Below, piece after piece: positions 26,966 to 28,148 of a stretch of 28,148 bases of DNA. The DNA is taken from contig DAHVFI010000303.1 in the NCBI GenBank assembly GCA_027317045.1, forward strand, positions 1 through 28,148, in the 5' to 3' direction. Every line of letters starts with the position of its first letter. The stretch's first letter is position 1. The translations under genes and the position numbers were made by a program. Below the pieces are notes generated by a model. That model had not been told where the DNA came from and ran no database searches. It worked only from the letters and a program-made list of their open reading frames with translations. The DNA is from Gammaproteobacteria bacterium (GTDB taxonomy: Bacteria; Pseudomonadota; Gammaproteobacteria; Natronospirales; REEB76).

Positions 26966-27892
26966 ATGACTAGCGACGCTCGTCACCGGCTGCGGCTCAT
27001 GGCAGCCTTCGCGGTGGTGTATATCGTGTGGGGCTCAACGTATCTCGGCATCCGCATCGGTGTAGCGGATATCCCTCCGGCGTTGTTGTCCGGCATACGC
27101 AACACCGTCGCAGGTTTGGTGTTGATGGCGATCGCAGTCGCCCGCGACCAGACGCTGCCGAAACAACCGCGCGAGTGGTTGCACGCGCTGATCATGGGCG
27201 TGTTGCTGGTGACACTCGGCAACGGTTTGGTGACCTGGGGGGAGGTTTATGTGCAGTCAAATCAGGCGGCACTCATCGCCATCACCTCGGCCTTGTGGGT
27301 GGCGTGGTTCGGCACCTTCGGACCCAAGGGCCATCCGCTATCCGCGCGTGCCAAGAGCGGGCTCGCCATCGGCTTAGTGGGCGCGGTTCTCATGTTGTTG
27401 CCGGGGAAACAATTTACCTTTGAGCACTTCAGCGCGCAGCTTGCGATTCTGCTGTCCACCGTGTGTTGGGGTATGGGCGTGATCTACGGCCGCAACTACA
27501 GCGTGAGCGTGACGCCGCTGATGTTGTCGGGGATGTTGCTGTTCCTGGGAGGCGGGGTGTTGGTGATTATCGGCCTGGCTGCCGGCGAAGCCTCCCACTG
27601 GCATTGGAGCCTGCCGAGCATGGGAGCGCTTATCTATCTCACGGTATTTGGATCTTGCATCGCCTACAGCACCTACATATGGCTCATTCACCACACCACT
27701 CCGGACAAGCTCGGGACCACGGCCTACGTCAATCCCGCTATCGCGCTGGTACTCGGCTGGATGGTACTGGGCGAAAAGGTCGAGGCTGTCCGGCTTCTGG
27801 GCATGCTGGTGATTCTGGTGGGCGTGATCCTGGTGACTACCCGTTTCGGTTATCCCCGGAAAAAACCGCTAATCCAAGCAGATCGGCTATAA
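26966..27892 (+). CDS. EamA/DMT-family transporter (YedA-like)
   Basis: VYIVWGSTYLGIRIG, PPALLSGIR, about 10 TM helices, YLTVFGSCIAYSTY and AYVNPAIALVLG. SD GGAG. Confidence 0.9.
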   Translation: MTSDARHRLRLMAAFAVVYIVWGSTYLGIRIGVADIPPALLSGIRNTVAGLVLMAIAVARDQTLPKQPREWLHALIMGVLLVTLGNGLVTWGEVYVQSNQAALIAITSALWVAWFGTFGPKGHPLSARAKSGLAIGLVGAVLMLLPGKQFTFEHFSAQLAILLSTVCWGMGVIYGRNYSVSVTPLMLSGMLLFLGGGVLVIIGLAAGEASHWHWSLPSMGALIYLTVFGSCIAYSTYIWLIHHTTPDKLGTTAYVNPAIALVLGWMVLGEKVEAVRLLGMLVILVGVILVTTRFGYPRKKPLIQADRL

Positions 27893-27945
27893 CAGTATAA
27901 ACAACATAGTTGAGCCTTCTGTAGAAGAAATCGCGGAGATTACCA

Positions 27946-28148
27946 GTGGCCATGGTTGTGCCGCAATCCGAATTGGTTTGGCAACCCAACAGGGCTGCGT
28001 GTGTTGCGGCCAGCATACTTGCCACGGCCATGGTTCTGGCTGCTCTGATATTCATGTTCGACAGACCCCCCGAATCCGCAATTCGGGTCGCGCCTATTGA
28101 GATACGTTTGACTTCGGCCACGCCATCTGAACAAGCAGCTTCGAAGCC
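27946..28148 (+). CDS. Partial membrane-anchored protein (TonB-like N-terminus possible), runs off the window end
   Basis: Open frame from GTG 27946 (SD GGAG at 27935-27938): ..QPNRAACVAASILATAMVLAALIFMFDRPPESAIRVAPIEIRLTSATPSEQAASK, a TM helix followed by a low-complexity linker. Confidence 0.45.
   Translation, partial: MAMVVPQSELVWQPNRAACVAASILATAMVLAALIFMFDRPPESAIRVAPIEIRLTSATPSEQAASK

Overview
Chromosomal core region of a gammaproteobacterium (inferred from gene order and protein similarity). Gene order: glyQ (partial, -) | glnA, PAT-like GNAT, DUF4124 protein, ntrB, ntrC | a five-gene archaic (Csu/spore-coat-U) chaperone-usher pilus operon (-) | class-1 pyrD (-) | trmL | gpsA-secB-grxC-rhodanese (-) | envC-ctpA-yibQ | uvrD | LOG-family protein | DUF2007 protein (-) | pip-dtd | a solitary degenerate hisA | tatABC | EamA transporter | a partial membrane-anchored ORF. 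I saw no tRNA, rRNA, CRISPR array, IS or integrase. Main candidates for novelty: (1) a full-length HisA that lacks the catalytic acid and one phosphate site and stands without other his genes next to tatABC; (2) a Csu-type pilus with two single-domain subunits lacking donor strands and no two-domain adhesin, preceded by a consensus sigma54 promoter, an upstream palindrome and a leader with a consensus CsrA/RsmA site; (3) an unannotated RsmY/Z-like sRNA with a GacA-type box; (4) a multi-hairpin, UCCC-loop sRNA candidate between glnA and ntrB; (5) an NtrC box embedded in a perfect 12-bp hairpin covering the ntrB start. All motif calls were made by eye; no folding or database searches were run.
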